Source: Pseudomonadota bacterium
Lineage (GTDB): Bacteria > Myxococcota > JACRCW01 > JAFGSX01
DNA length: 64,000 nt
NCBI GenBank assembly: GCA_043821645.1
Contig: JBDRCO010000113.1
Span: 151,053 to 215,052 of the forward strand
Direction of reading: 5' to 3'
Each line of letters opens with the position of its first letter. The first letter of the stretch is position 1. The notes under the pieces were generated by a model. That model had not been told where the DNA came from, searched no databases, and saw only the letters and a program-made list of their open reading frames with translations. A program made the position numbers and the translations under genes. This document shows positions 38,499 through 51,495 of the stretch, in pieces.

Positions 38499-38570
38499 TA
38501 GCCCCGGTGGGATTTGAACCCACGGCATGTAGCTTGTAATGCTACCACTCTACCGCTGAGTTACGGGGCC
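38499..38570 (-). tRNA. tRNA-Val(TAC), atypical
   Basis: Cloverleaf: GGCCCCG/CGGGGCT acceptor stem, ACTC/GAGT D-stem, GTAGC-ATTACAA-GCTAC anticodon arm, GTGGG-TTCAAAT-CCCAC T-arm. No encoded CCA. Confidence 0.85.
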
Positions 38571-38658
38571 GCGACCGAGCAATATAGCCGATACGTCTCA
38601 GGCCGGCCAAGGGCGCAGACCAGACGCCATCCGATGCGGATTCGCTGTCCTGTCGTGC

Positions 38659-41094
38659 TCAGTGCGCGGTGGGCAACGGTTCCACGGGTGTGGTGTCGAG
38701 CGCCGGCTGTGCATTGGCGGCCTCGGCCTGGTTGAGCTGTTCGAAGAAGCGATCCGGATCCTCGAGCGCCAGGGCATGGCGCAGCACCTCGTCCATGTGC
38801 TCGACCGGCATGAAGCGCATTCCCTCGCGAACGATCGCAGGCAACTCTTCGAGATCTTTCTCGTTTTCTTTAGGAATGATCACCGTCTTGATCTCACTAC
38901 GATAGGCCGCCAGGGCCTTCTCCTTGAGCCCGCCAATGGGCAGCACCCGGCCGCGAAGGGTGATCTCGCCTGTCATGGCGACCTCGGCCCGGGCCGGAAT
39001 GCGCGTCAGGGCGCTGACCAGCGACGTGGCGAGGGTGATGCCTGCCGAGGGGCCGTCCTTGGGCGTGGCACCCTCGGGCACATGAATGTGCACGTCGATG
39101 TGCTGATAGAAATCCCGCGGCAAGCCCAGCGAAAACGCGCGCGAGCGCACGTAGCTCATGGCGGCCTGGGCCGACTCCTGCATGATGTTGCCCAGGGCGC
39201 CGGTGGTGATCAGCTTGCCCTTGCCGGGCATCACCGTGACCTCGGTGCCGAGCAGTTCGCCGCCGACCTGGGTCCAGGCCAGGCCCGTGGCCACCCCGAT
39301 CTGGTCCTGTTCCACACGCTTGCCGGTCCTGAAGCGCGGCACGCCGAGCATCTCGCGCACCAGCTCCGGGGTGACGTCGAGCTCGGTCAGGTCCTCCTTG
39401 ACCACACGGCGCGCGATCTTGCGGCAGCAGCTGGCGATCTCGCGCTCGAGCTGCCGCACACCGGCCTCCCGGGTGTACTCCCCGAGGAGTGTGCCCAGCG
39501 CAGCCTCGCTGAAGCGGATCTCCCGCTTGTCCAGTCCATTGGCCTTGCGCTGCTTGGGCACCAGGTGCTTGACCGCGATGTCCAGCTTCTCGACGTCGAT
39601 GTAGCCGGGGATGCGGATGATCTCGAGACGATCCTGCAGCGGCACCGGGATACCCTGCAGATGGTTGGCGGTGCAGATGAACATGACCTTGGACAGGTCA
39701 TAATCGACGTCGAGATAGTGGTCGTTGAAGGTGTGGTTCTGCTCCTGGTCGAGCACCTCGAGCAAAGCGCTCGAGGGGTCTCCCCGAAAATCCGAGCTCA
39801 GCTTGTCGACCTCGTCGAACAGGAACACGGGATTGGACGATCCCGCCTTCTTCATGCCCTGCAGCACCTTGCCCGGCAGGGCACCGATGTAGGTGCGGCG
39901 GTGACCGCGGATCTCGGCCTCGTCGCGAACCCCGCCCAGGGAGGCGCGAATGAAGCGGCGACCGGTGGCGCGCGCGATGGACTTGGCGAGCGAGGTTTTG
40001 CCCACCCCGGGCGGTCCCACGAAGCACAGGATGGGCCCCTTCATGTCCTCGACCAGGCGCTGCACGGCCAGGTGCTCGATGATGCGCTCCTTGACCTTGT
40101 CGAGCCCGCAGTGATCCTCATCCAGGATGTGCTCGGCCTCGTCGAGGTCCAGCTGATCCTCGGTGAAGTCGTTCCACGGGATGCCCAGCATCCAGTCCAG
40201 GTAGTTGCGCACCACCGTGGCTTCGGGGCTCATGGGGCTCATCATCTTGAGCTTCTTGAGCTCGCGGTCGGCCTTCTGGCGCGCCTCCTCACTCAGACGC
40301 TTCTTGGTGATCTGCTCCTGCAGCTCCTCGAGTTCGCCCTTGAACTCGTCCTTCTCGCCGAGCTCGGTCTGGATCGCCTGCATCTGCTCGTTGAGGAAAT
40401 ACTGGCGCTGCGAGCGCTCCATGCTCTCCTTCATGCGCTCGCGGATGCGTTGCTCGGTGCGCAGGATCTCGAGCTCGCCGTGCAGCAGGGCCAGCAAGCG
40501 CTCCAGGCGATCGCCGATCCCTCCCAGCTCGAGCAGACCCTGCTTGTCACTGGTCTTGAGCGGGAGCTGCGCGATGAGAAGCTCCGACAGCTTGTCCGCG
40601 CTCTCCGTCGACGCCACGTCGGTGATCAGTTCGGCCGCCAGGCGCTTCTTGAGCTCGGCATAGCTGGCAAAGGCCTCCTTGACCTGGCGCACCAGGGCCT
40701 CGGCTTCCACCACTGGGGCGGCCGTGTCCTCGAGCTGCTCGGCGACCGCGGTCATGGCGCCCTCGACCAGCTGCAGTGCCGTGGCCTGGACCCGGACCTG
40801 GCCCTCGACCAGAACCTTGACCGTACCGTCGGGCATGCGCAGGAGCTGCAGCAGCTTGCTCAGACACCCGACCGCGTACAGATCCTCGACACCGGGATCG
40901 TCGATGCGTGCCTTGCGCTGGGTCAACAGCACGATCTGGCGATCGCTCTTCATGGCCTTCTCGAGCGCCGCGATCGACGGTGGCCGCCCCACGAACAGGG
41001 GCACGACCATGCGCGGGAACACGACGATGTCGCGAAGGGGCAACACAGGAAGACGCGCACCGGATTCCGGCGGCGTGGTCACGGTCTCAGTCAT
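38659..41094 (-). CDS. lon: ATP-dependent protease La
   Basis: [44 protein letters not shown]. Confidence 0.97.
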   Translation of the reverse strand: MTETVTTPPESGARLPVLPLRDIVVFPRMVVPLFVGRPPSIAALEKAMKSDRQIVLLTQRKARIDDPGVEDLYAVGCLSKLLQLLRMPDGTVKVLVEGQVRVQATALQLVEGAMTAVAEQLEDTAAPVVEAEALVRQVKEAFASYAELKKRLAAELITDVASTESADKLSELLIAQLPLKTSDKQGLLELGGIGDRLERLLALLHGELEILRTEQRIRERMKESMERSQRQYFLNEQMQAIQTELGEKDEFKGELEELQEQITKKRLSEEARQKADRELKKLKMMSPMSPEATVVRNYLDWMLGIPWNDFTEDQLDLDEAEHILDEDHCGLDKVKERIIEHLAVQRLVEDMKGPILCFVGPPGVGKTSLAKSIARATGRRFIRASLGGVRDEAEIRGHRRTYIGALPGKVLQGMKKAGSSNPVFLFDEVDKLSSDFRGDPSSALLEVLDQEQNHTFNDHYLDVDYDLSKVMFICTANHLQGIPVPLQDRLEIIRIPGYIDVEKLDIAVKHLVPKQRKANGLDKREIRFSEAALGTLLGEYTREAGVRQLEREIASCCRKIARRVVKEDLTELDVTPELVREMLGVPRFRTGKRVEQDQIGVATGLAWTQVGGELLGTEVTVMPGKGKLITTGALGNIMQESAQAAMSYVRSRAFSLGLPRDFYQHIDVHIHVPEGATPKDGPSAGITLATSLVSALTRIPARAEVAMTGEITLRGRVLPIGGLKEKALAAYRSEIKTVIIPKENEKDLEELPAIVREGMRFMPVEHMDEVLRHALALEDPDRFFEQLNQAEAANAQPALDTTPVEPLPTAH

Positions 41095-41101
41095 GATGAC
41101 C

Positions 41102-42364
<1,263 letters not shown>

Positions 42365-42475
42365 GGCCTCGGCCGGGGCACAGGGGCGCACCGGCGTCCG
42401 ACGTCCGACGTCCGGCTCAATGTATCCACGCGACGCTCCGCTGGCAAACTCGCGGGTCCAGGCACACGGCCCGTG

Positions 42476-43084
42476 TCAGCCCTCTTTCTTGGGCTCGTCC
42501 GGGCGGCGCTGGATCACGTCGTCGACCAGACCGTAGGTCTTGGCGTCGGCGGCGCTCATGTAAAAGTCGCGGTCGGTGTCCTTCTCGATGCGCTCGAGGG
42601 CTTGACCCGTGTGGTGCACCAGGATGTCGTTGAGGGTCTTCTTGAGCTTCATGATCTCGCGGGCGTGAATCTCGATGTCCGAGGCCTGTCCCGAGAAACC
42701 GCCCAGGGGCTGGTGCACCATGATGCGCGAGTTGGGCAGGGCGAAGCGCTTGCCCTTCTCACCCGCCGCCAGCAGCACCGCGCCCATGGAGGCCGCCAGA
42801 CCCACGCAGATCGTCGACACCGGCGAGCGGATGTACTGCATGGTGTCGTAGATCGCCATGCCCGCGCTGATCGAGCCGCCCGGGCTGTTGACGTAGATCA
42901 TGATGTCCTTCTCGGGATCCTCGCTCTCCAGGAACAGCAACTGTGCCACCACCACGTTGGCGATCTGATCGTCGATGGCCATGCCCAGGAACACGATGCG
43001 GTCCTTGAGCAAGCGCGACCAGATGTCATAGGCGCGCTCGCCGCGGGCGGTCTGCTCGATGACGGTCGGTGGGAAGTAGCTCAT
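42476..43084 (-). CDS. clpP: ATP-dependent Clp protease proteolytic subunit
   Basis: [28 protein letters not shown]. Confidence 0.97.
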   Translation of the reverse strand: MSYFPPTVIEQTARGERAYDIWSRLLKDRIVFLGMAIDDQIANVVVAQLLFLESEDPEKDIMIYVNSPGGSISAGMAIYDTMQYIRSPVSTICVGLAASMGAVLLAAGEKGKRFALPNSRIMVHQPLGGFSGQASDIEIHAREIMKLKKTLNDILVHHTGQALERIEKDTDRDFYMSAADAKTYGLVDDVIQRRPDEPKKEG

Positions 43085-43132
43085 GTCGTCTCCCCTGCCC
43101 GCTCGACGACGGGCGCAGCGTGGGTCCTCACC

Positions 43133-44425
43133 CTACTTATCGACAGCGGTCCCGCCGGCCAGGTTGGCGATGACCAGATCCAGGGCGCGCTCCAGGCGCA
43201 TGCTGAACGTGAGTTCCTCGATGCGATCACCCTTGTAGGCACCGCGAACCTTGGCTTCCGGCTGCCCGAGCCTCTCCGACAGCTCCTTGAACTTGGCCTC
43301 GATGGCCTCGCTGTCGATCTCGATCTTTTCCTGATCGGCGATGCCCTCGAGCACCATGCCTCGCCGGACCCGCCATTCCGCGCGCGAGCGCATGTCGGTG
43401 CGCAGCATGTTGGGATCGATGCCCATGGCCTTGAGCTGCGGCATCGGGATGTTGCCGAGGGTCTGGTACAGCATGAGGTCGAGCTGGCGCTCGATGAGCG
43501 AGGGCGGAATCTCGAACGCGTTTTCCTTGATCAGGGCGTCGATGACCGCATCGCGATACTTGTCCTCGGCCTCGTCCTGGGCGCGCTTGGCGAGGCGCTC
43601 GCGGGTCTTGTCGCGCATCTCGGCCAGGGTCTCGAACTCGCCGAGGTCCTTGGCGAACTCGTCGTCGAGCGCGGGCAGCTGCTTGCGCTTGAGCTGGACC
43701 GGCGTGATCTCGAAGTGCGCGGTCTTGCCCGCGACGTCCTTGTTGGGGAACTCGGTTGGCAGCTCGGCATCGATCTCGAACTTCTGGCTCAGGCTCTTGC
43801 CTGGCAGGGCCTCGACCACGGGCACCAGGAAGTTGGGCTCGGCGGTGTCGATGACGTAGCCCACACCGTTGCCACCCTTGAAGCTCTCGCCGTCGACGGT
43901 ACCCGTGAAGTTGCAGGCCACCAGGTCGCCCTTCTCGATCTCGGTGCGGTCCTCCACCGGGACCACCTGGGCATGGTAGCCGCGCTGGCGCTCGAGCTCG
44001 GCCTCGACGTCGGCATCGGTCACGTCCGACCCGGGGCGCTCGACGGTGAGGCCCTTGTAGTTCTTGACCTCGAGCTCTGGCCGGATCTCGACCCGCGCCG
44101 AGTAGCGAAAATCCTGCCCCGGGATGAACTCCTGGTTCTGGATCTGCGGCTGGTTCACCGGATGCAAGCTGTGCTGGTCGACGGCGTCGCTGTAGCTGCT
44201 CGAGATCAGCTTGCCGATCACGTCGTTCTCGACGTCACCCTTGTAGTACTTCTCGAGCACGTGCCGAGGCACCTTGCCCTGGCGAAAGCCGGGGATCTTC
44301 ACCCGCTGGCCCAGCTTGCGGTAAGCGCGATCCAGCTCCTTGAGGATCTGGTCGCCGTCGATGGTGACGTCGAGCTTGCGCTCGACCTCGGAGATACTCT
44401 GGCATTCGGTCTTCATGGCCATCAT
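43133..44425 (-). CDS. tig: Trigger factor
   Basis: [10 protein letters not shown] signature, FKBP domain, [10 protein letters not shown]; upstream of clpP. Start could be 44425, 44422 or 44416. Confidence 0.95.
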   Translation of the reverse strand: MMAMKTECQSISEVERKLDVTIDGDQILKELDRAYRKLGQRVKIPGFRQGKVPRHVLEKYYKGDVENDVIGKLISSSYSDAVDQHSLHPVNQPQIQNQEFIPGQDFRYSARVEIRPELEVKNYKGLTVERPGSDVTDADVEAELERQRGYHAQVVPVEDRTEIEKGDLVACNFTGTVDGESFKGGNGVGYVIDTAEPNFLVPVVEALPGKSLSQKFEIDAELPTEFPNKDVAGKTAHFEITPVQLKRKQLPALDDEFAKDLGEFETLAEMRDKTRERLAKRAQDEAEDKYRDAVIDALIKENAFEIPPSLIERQLDLMLYQTLGNIPMPQLKAMGIDPNMLRTDMRSRAEWRVRRGMVLEGIADQEKIEIDSEAIEAKFKELSERLGQPEAKVRGAYKGDRIEELTFSMRLERALDLVIANLAGGTAVDK

Positions 44426-44498
44426 CCTGTCTCTCGCTGGGCTCGCGCGTCGCCGCGTCCGTCGTGGTCGCGGGCGATGGCGGTGTGAATGTCGTGCG

Positions 44499-44585
44499 TG
44501 GTGCGAGAGGGGGGACTCGAACCCCCATCCCGTTTCCGGGGCTGGAACCTAAATCCAGTGCGTCTACCGGTTCCGCCACTCTCGC
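44499..44585 (-). tRNA. tRNA-Leu(TAG)
   Basis: GCGAGAG...CTGGA-TTTAGGT-TCCAG, long variable arm, GGTTCGAGTCC, ends ACCA. Confidence 0.96.
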
Positions 44586-44630
44586 CCTGTCTCTCCTCGG
44601 CAGGGCGCAACAGCCCTGTGTAAGGCGGGC

Positions 44631-44659
44631 ACGCTAGCCGCTGCATGCAGCGCCGTCAA
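44631..44659 (-). promoter_or_regulatory. Sigma70-like promoter for tRNA-Leu/tig
   Basis: TTGACG-N17-TAGCGT upstream of the tRNA. Confidence 0.55.
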
Positions 44660-44717
44660 GCGAGTAACATCCTGGAATAACGAGGCTTTGGCCAAAAGCT
44701 GGGCGCCAGGCAGGCAC

Positions 44718-45668
44718 TCAGTTGCAGGCGGCCTGGCACCAGCCGATGTCGAGACCGTAGTTGTTCAAGGTCAGCGAGGCGCAGCACACGAAACCACCTC
44801 GGCAGTCGCTGTCGTCGACACAGATGAGGATGTTGTTGGGATTGGCCGTGTAGCAGGTACCGCTGGACACGCAGGACGTGCCACCGGCCGCGTTGAAGCA
44901 GCACTCCTGGTTACCGGTGCAGTCCTCGGCGCCATCGCAGGTCAGGACCATCTCGTACTGTCCACACAGAGGCTGAGTGGTGTCGCAATAAAGGGACGAG
45001 CTGATCGGGGCGACGCAGCACGCATCATTGTTGCCACACAGATCGGCGGCGCAGACCACGCCACGCTCGGCCGTTCCGGTATAGCTGCTGAGCCCTGCGT
45101 CGAAGCCTATCCCTCCCTCGGGTAGGCCAGCCTCGCGCCAGCTGGCATCCGCCAGGAACCACAGGTCGTAGCCCTGGATATCGGGCAGGGTCCAGCCGTC
45201 CGGACGACTCCAGCCATCGGGGAGCGTCCAGCCATCCGGAATCGTCCAGCCGTCGGGCCGCGTCCAGCCATCCGGACGCGTCCAGCCATCGGGTCGGCTG
45301 CCGTCGTGCGTGCTGGTCCTGTCCCGGGCCGTCGCATCGCGAGCGGCGGCATCATGGGCCGTGAACTGGTCCGAACCCGAGGCGTCGCGCGCCGTGACAT
45401 CGGAGGCGACCTGATCGGTGCTGGCGACGTCCCTGACCGTGAGATCCATGCCGGTGAGGTCTCGCCCCACCAGATCGCCGACAAGCGCATCACCAGGACC
45501 GCTGTCGGCCACCAGTTGCGCGCAGGTACCGTCCTGGCAGACCAGGCCGCTGGCGCAGGGGTGATCGTCGCTGCACTCGTCGCCAGGCTCACCTGGTGGG
45601 GCATGCTCCGGCGGACAGCCGAGCAGGACCAGACCCAGGCATGCCAATGTCAGACCGCTCCAGCGCAT
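44718..45668 (-). CDS. Cys-rich lipoprotein with PDGW(T/S)x hexapeptide repeats
   Basis: Lipobox LLGC; Cys-rich N- and C-terminal regions; D-x4 linker. Confidence 0.78.
   Translation of the reverse strand: MRWSGLTLACLGLVLLGCPPEHAPPGEPGDECSDDHPCASGLVCQDGTCAQLVADSGPGDALVGDLVGRDLTGMDLTVRDVASTDQVASDVTARDASGSDQFTAHDAAARDATARDRTSTHDGSRPDGWTRPDGWTRPDGWTIPDGWTLPDGWSRPDGWTLPDIQGYDLWFLADASWREAGLPEGGIGFDAGLSSYTGTAERGVVCAADLCGNNDACCVAPISSSLYCDTTQPLCGQYEMVLTCDGAEDCTGNQECCFNAAGGTSCVSSGTCYTANPNNILICVDDSDCRGGFVCCASLTLNNYGLDIGWCQAACN
45186..45293 (-). repeat. Six 18-bp coding tandem repeats (PDGWTR-like)
   Basis: CC(C/G)GA(T/C)GGCTGGA.. unit repeated six times in frame. Confidence 0.9.
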
Positions 45669-45783
45669 GTTGCACCTCATGAGTGTCGTGATGGGCAGAG
45701 AATAGCGCACCCGGGGCACTCTGTCGCGTGCGGGGAGCTGGAGCTGGAGAGGCAGCGGGAGCTTGGGCGAAGCGGACGCGAAC

Positions 45784-46437
<654 letters not shown>

Positions 46438-46561
46438 GATCGTCTCCTCTATCCGGGCCGGCCTCCGCCACCACGGTGACGACGAGGCAAGGCCTCCAGT
46501 TTTTTCTATCAGGGTGCGTCGCTGCGCAGCGTCCGCACGATGGTCAGAGGTCCCGGGATGC

Positions 46562-47428
46562 TCAGGTCACCGGCGCTTCGCTGGCGGCGATGTCCGGCGT
46601 GGTGACCGGCTCACCATTGGCCTTCTCCCGCGGCTGATCGCGCTTGACCACCTCGACCTTGGGGCCGCGTCGGGCGCCGGCGTTGCGCTGTGCGGCGTCC
46701 GCGGGCACGACCTCGTCCTTGGCGCGGGACTCGGCCATGGCCTGGTGGCGCTGGCCGCCGTCGATGCAGGCGTCGGCGATGGCAGAGGCGAACAGGCGCA
46801 CCGAGCGAATGGCGTCGTCGTTGCCAGGGATCACGTAGTCGATGCCGTCGGGATCGCAGTTGGTGTCGACGAGGGCCAGGATCGGGATCTTGAGCCGCCG
46901 CGCTTCCTGCACGGCGATGTGTTCCTTCTTGGGGTCGACGATGAACACGGCGCCGGGAAGGCGGCCCATCTCCTTCATGCCGATCAGGTTCTTCTCGAGC
47001 TTGGCCTTCTCGCGGCTGAGCTGCAGCACTTCCTTCTTGGGCAGGCGCTCGAAGGTGCCGTCCGTCGCCATCTTGTCGATGGACTTGAGGCGGTCGACCG
47101 AACCCTTGATGGTCTTGAAGTTGGTCAAGGTGCCGCCCAGCCAGCGGTTGTGCACGTAAAAATGACCAGCGCGGGTGGCCTCTTCGATGACGGCATCCTG
47201 GGCCTGCTTCTTGGTGCCGACAAACAGCACCTTCTCGCCGCGCTCGGCGATCTTGAGCACGAACTCATACGCCCGCTGGAACAGGACCACGGTCTGCTGC
47301 AAGTCGATGATGTAGATGCCGTTGCGAGCACCGAAGATGAAGGGCTTCATCTTGGGGTTCCAGCGCTTGGTCTGGTGGCCGAAGTGCACCCCGGCCTCGA
47401 GCAATTGCTTGATTCCGATCTTGGACAT
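46562..47428 (-). CDS. rpsB: 30S ribosomal protein S2
   Basis: [37 protein letters not shown]. Confidence 0.98.
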   Translation of the reverse strand: MSKIGIKQLLEAGVHFGHQTKRWNPKMKPFIFGARNGIYIIDLQQTVVLFQRAYEFVLKIAERGEKVLFVGTKKQAQDAVIEEATRAGHFYVHNRWLGGTLTNFKTIKGSVDRLKSIDKMATDGTFERLPKKEVLQLSREKAKLEKNLIGMKEMGRLPGAVFIVDPKKEHIAVQEARRLKIPILALVDTNCDPDGIDYVIPGNDDAIRSVRLFASAIADACIDGGQRHQAMAESRAKDEVVPADAAQRNAGARRGPKVEVVKRDQPREKANGEPVTTPDIAASEAPVT

Positions 47429-47440
47429 CACGAACTCCTT

Positions 47441-47535
47441 GGGGTTGTTGCCTCCACGTCCAAGCGGCTCGAGCCGAGGGAGCCATGCTCCCGCGACACC
47501 CCCGAGACGCCGTCCAGGGCGTGTGCGTGTTGCGC
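47441..47535 (-). ncRNA. rpsB leader (t44/S2 autoregulatory RNA)
   Basis: CGCACACG...GGGGGTGTC...CGTGGAGGCAACAACCCC upstream of rpsB, resembling the conserved t44 motifs. Confidence 0.7.
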
Positions 47536-47563
47536 TGCGATCTTTTTACGCAGCGTGGGCGGT

Positions 47564-47592
47564 CAGATAGCAGAGCGCACAGGGCCTGGCAA
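47564..47592 (-). promoter_or_regulatory. Sigma70-like promoter for rpsB-tsf
   Basis: TTGCCA-N17-TATCTG with an extended TG. Confidence 0.5.
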
Positions 47593-47662
47593 GCAAGCGG
47601 AATGGCACGATCATGGCATCTGGCTCGGTACACCGGGCCAGGAAGCTCGGATCCTTGAACAT

Positions 47663-47691
47663 TTGCCATCTGACGGGGCCTGCGCTATATG
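47663..47691 (+). promoter_or_regulatory. Sigma70-like promoter for rpoZ
   Basis: TTGCCA-N17-TATATG. Confidence 0.5.
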
Positions 47692-47732
47692 GTGCGCCCC
47701 GTTCCCGGGATGCACCCAGTAGGGAGATCTGC

Positions 47733-47990
47733 ATGGCACGTGTCACCGTCGAAGATTGCCTGGACAACCTCGAGAACCGTTTCGCCCTGGTCCTGCTGGC
47801 CACCGGTCGCGCGCGCCAGCTCATGAAGGGCTCGCGGCCTCTCGTGCACCACGACAAGAACAAGGAGCCCGTGCTCGCCCTGCGCGAGATCGCCTCGGGC
47901 AAGGTTCGCTTCGACAAGGACGCGCGGGAAGTTCTGGGCACACCGATCCGCGAGCTGCGCAGCAAGTACGACCGCATCGAGACAGCCTAG
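47733..47990 (+). CDS. rpoZ: RNA polymerase omega subunit
   Basis: [31 protein letters not shown]. Confidence 0.96.
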   Translation: MARVTVEDCLDNLENRFALVLLATGRARQLMKGSRPLVHHDKNKEPVLALREIASGKVRFDKDAREVLGTPIRELRSKYDRIETA

Positions 47991-48015
47991 ACCGCCCGCC
48001 GGCGTCGGCGAGTTC

Positions 48016-48828
48016 GTGTCAACATCTCCGTCGTCACCCCGCGCCAAGAAGCACTTCGGCCAGAATTTTTTACACGATCCCTCGGTGCTCGAGGCCGTGG
48101 TGCGCGCCTGTGCGCCACAGCCGGGTCAACTTGTGGTCGAGCTCGGAGCCGGCACCGGCAACCTCACCGAGGTCCTCGCCCGCCACGCCGACCAGGTCCT
48201 CGCCGTCGAGCGCGACCGCGATATGCTTCCCCTGCTGCGCGAGCGCTTCGCGGGTAGCCCTCACGTGACCCTGCTCGAGGCCGACGCCAAGGCCCTCGAT
48301 CTGGCCGACCTGGCCCGGGGACAACCCGTGCTGCTGTGCGGCAATATCCCCTACCACCTTTCTGCGCCCCTGCTCGGCCTGGCCCTCGACGCCGCTGAGC
48401 TCGTCGACCGCGTGGTGTTCATGGTGCAGCGCGAGCTGGGCCAGCGCCTGGCCGCCAGCGCGGGGACACGCGCCTGTGGCGCCCTGTCGGTCCTGCTGCA
48501 GCAGCGCTTCGATCTCGACCTGCCGCTGCGCATTGGCCGCGGAGCTTTCAAGCCAGCACCGCGCGTGGACTCGGTGCTGCTGCGCTTGCAGCCGCAGCAT
48601 CCGCCTCGCCATCCTGTCGACGATGCGACCCTGTTCAGCCGCGTCGTGCACACCGCGTTCGCACAGCGGCGCAAGCAGCTCGGCAATGCCCTCGGTCGTG
48701 CTTTTCCCGACGTGGACGGAGCTTTTCTGAACACGGGGATCGCTGCTTCTCGACGCGCGGAGAGCCTGACGATGGCGGAGTGGGTGTCGCTGACCCGTGC
48801 CCTGGATCCTGGTGCACAGGGAGGTTGA
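48016..48828 (+). CDS. rsmA: 16S rRNA dimethyladenosine transferase
   Basis: KKHFGQNFL, ELGAGTG, GNIPY, F.PAPRVDS, AFAQRRK. Confidence 0.95.
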   Translation: MSTSPSSPRAKKHFGQNFLHDPSVLEAVVRACAPQPGQLVVELGAGTGNLTEVLARHADQVLAVERDRDMLPLLRERFAGSPHVTLLEADAKALDLADLARGQPVLLCGNIPYHLSAPLLGLALDAAELVDRVVFMVQRELGQRLAASAGTRACGALSVLLQQRFDLDLPLRIGRGAFKPAPRVDSVLLRLQPQHPPRHPVDDATLFSRVVHTAFAQRRKQLGNALGRAFPDVDGAFLNTGIAASRRAESLTMAEWVSLTRALDPGAQGG

Positions 48829-48842
48829 GTTCCGGGCCGCGC

Positions 48843-49010
48843 TCACGCTCCGAGACGCATCTCCTCTTCGATGGAGTCGAAGAACAACATGTACGAGAGT
48901 GCGTCGGAGACCTCGCTGGCCAGGTCTTGCCGCAGCTCGAGAGTGGCGACCACCTCGAGCAATGCCGCTTCGAGAGAGTTCGGCTCGCTGTTCATCGGGT
49001 GGGGTTGCAT
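48843..49010 (-). CDS. Small acidic hypothetical protein (55 aa; below the ORF-track cutoff)
   Basis: MQPHPMNSEPNSLEAALLEVVATLELRQDLASEVSDALSYMLFFDSIEEEMRLGA; GAAGAGGA RBS. Confidence 0.5.
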   Translation of the reverse strand: MQPHPMNSEPNSLEAALLEVVATLELRQDLASEVSDALSYMLFFDSIEEEMRLGA

Positions 49011-49360
49011 GTCATTTCCTCTTCATGTCGTTCTATGCTGACAAGACGCAAGGTGCGGGCCAGTGGTCGCAAAAACAGGCCTGGTCCACAAAAGCCCCGT
49101 GATCCTCTGTCTCTCGTCGACAGCAGTGTGTTCAGCGGGATCTCGAAGATCCGGCGCGATTGACGCATTTCAGCCACTGCTGGCTCAGAAAATCTGAGAG
49201 GGCGACACGCTCCCACCCCTCAAGGCGTGAGCTCGATCACGGTGTCAGGGGAATGGGGAGAGGAGTGCGCTTCACGACCCAGTGAGCCCACGCCTGAGCG
49301 AGCACATCGGTCGCAGCGAGGGGATCCGACGCCGCAGCCGTGGATAGTCCCGGCAGGCTC

Positions 49361-49624
49361 CTAGTAGCCTCTCTTCTGGGCCGTGCGGATGAGCTGGTCC
49401 ATGTGGCGCGAGAGGTAGCGCTTGAAGTGCTCGCGATCTATGTCGAGGGCCTTGAGGGTATCTTCGAAGATCTCCTCGAAGCCCCTGGCCTGGCCACGCT
49501 TGAGTTCCATGGCGACCTTGAGCATGGCCACGGCATACAGGTCATCGTCTGGAACCGGAGCCGGAGCCACCGGCGCGGGCTGCGACAGGGTCAGCACATT
49601 GGTTTTGCTGGCTTTTTCTTGCAT
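49361..49624 (-). CDS. Small hypothetical protein (87 aa)
   Basis: Strong GC3 bias and an amphipathic helical pattern. Confidence 0.65.
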   Translation of the reverse strand: MQEKASKTNVLTLSQPAPVAPAPVPDDDLYAVAMLKVAMELKRGQARGFEEIFEDTLKALDIDREHFKRYLSRHMDQLIRTAQKRGY

Positions 49625-49926
49625 TTTGCGCGCTCGTCGACCTGATGTATGGTCACATATTATAGGGCCTTTCGATACTATGTCAACACCACATGATCAG
49701 TACGAGATCTCGTGATCCTGGGGAATCTCGCCCTGCTCAATCCACTGTCAGTTTTTCGACGCGCTGCGCTGCTGGCTTGTGGCACTGAAGCCGACAGGAT
49801 ACTGTGTGGACAGGTGCTTATCTTGAGCATCGGAAGGGGTGAAAACGCCGGTCGTAGCAGGGAGCCTCGCGCACCTGACTGTACCCAGGACCGGCACGAA
49901 CAACGGGGGAACCAAGGAGGTAAACC

Positions 49927-50811
<885 letters not shown>

Positions 50812-50885
50812 TTTCGAGGGGGCGTCGCAGACCCCGACACGCTAGGCTGCTGGGCTTCGAGGATGGACCTCGACGAGGATCCCGG

Positions 50886-51374
50886 GTGAGCACGCGATCG
50901 CAGTCCAAGGCCAGCGACGACGGTCTGCGCGTGGTGTGCAGCAACAAGCGCGCGCACCGGGACTACGAGATCGAAGAAACCTTCGAGGCGGGCCTGGTGC
51001 TGGTTGGCACCGAGGTCAAGAGCCTGCGCGAGGGCCGGGCCCAGCTCAAGGACGCCTACGCGGTGGTCGAGAACAACGAGGTGTTCCTGGTGGGCTGTCA
51101 CATCAGTGCCTACCCCATGGCCACGGTCTTCAACCACGAGCCCGAGCGGCGGCGCAAGCTGCTGCTGGGCAGGTTCGAGATCAAGAGGATCGCCGTGCGC
51201 GTGCGCGAGCGCGGACAGACCCTGGTGCCCCTGCGCATCTACTTCAAGCGACACCTGGCCAAGGTGGAGATCGCCCTGGTGCGAGGCAAGGCGCAGGCCG
51301 ATCGACGCCAGGACATCCGGCGCCGCGACATGGATCGCGACATGGAGCGCGAGGTCCGGCAGCGCCATCGCTGA
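50886..51374 (+). CDS. smpB: SsrA-binding protein
   Basis: NKRAHRDY, EAGLVL.GTEVKSLR, RRRKLLL, RGK..DRR. Confidence 0.96.
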   Translation: MSTRSQSKASDDGLRVVCSNKRAHRDYEIEETFEAGLVLVGTEVKSLREGRAQLKDAYAVVENNEVFLVGCHISAYPMATVFNHEPERRRKLLLGRFEIKRIAVRVRERGQTLVPLRIYFKRHLAKVEIALVRGKAQADRRQDIRRRDMDRDMEREVRQRHR

Positions 51375-51495
51375 CGTCGTGATCCCTCCCGGCGCATCCC
51401 CATGGCAGCGGGTGGCGCAGTCCACACCGGCTGCGCTATGCTGTGCCCGGCCCGCGACCGGCCACGGACCCCGGGGGGCTGCGAGCGAGGTTGCC

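Noticed and set aside
45186-45293. 18-bp tandem repeat as a possible CRISPR array
   Set aside because: No spacers, in-frame coding repeat, no cas genes.
50815-50840. AGGGGGCGTCGCAGACCCC after panB as a third copy of the structured element
   Set aside because: Only the first few bases match; hairpin 2 and TTCACCCCCG are missing.
51374-51495. tmRNA next to smpB
   Set aside because: The gap is only about 120 bp and has no GGGG..tRNA-like ends.
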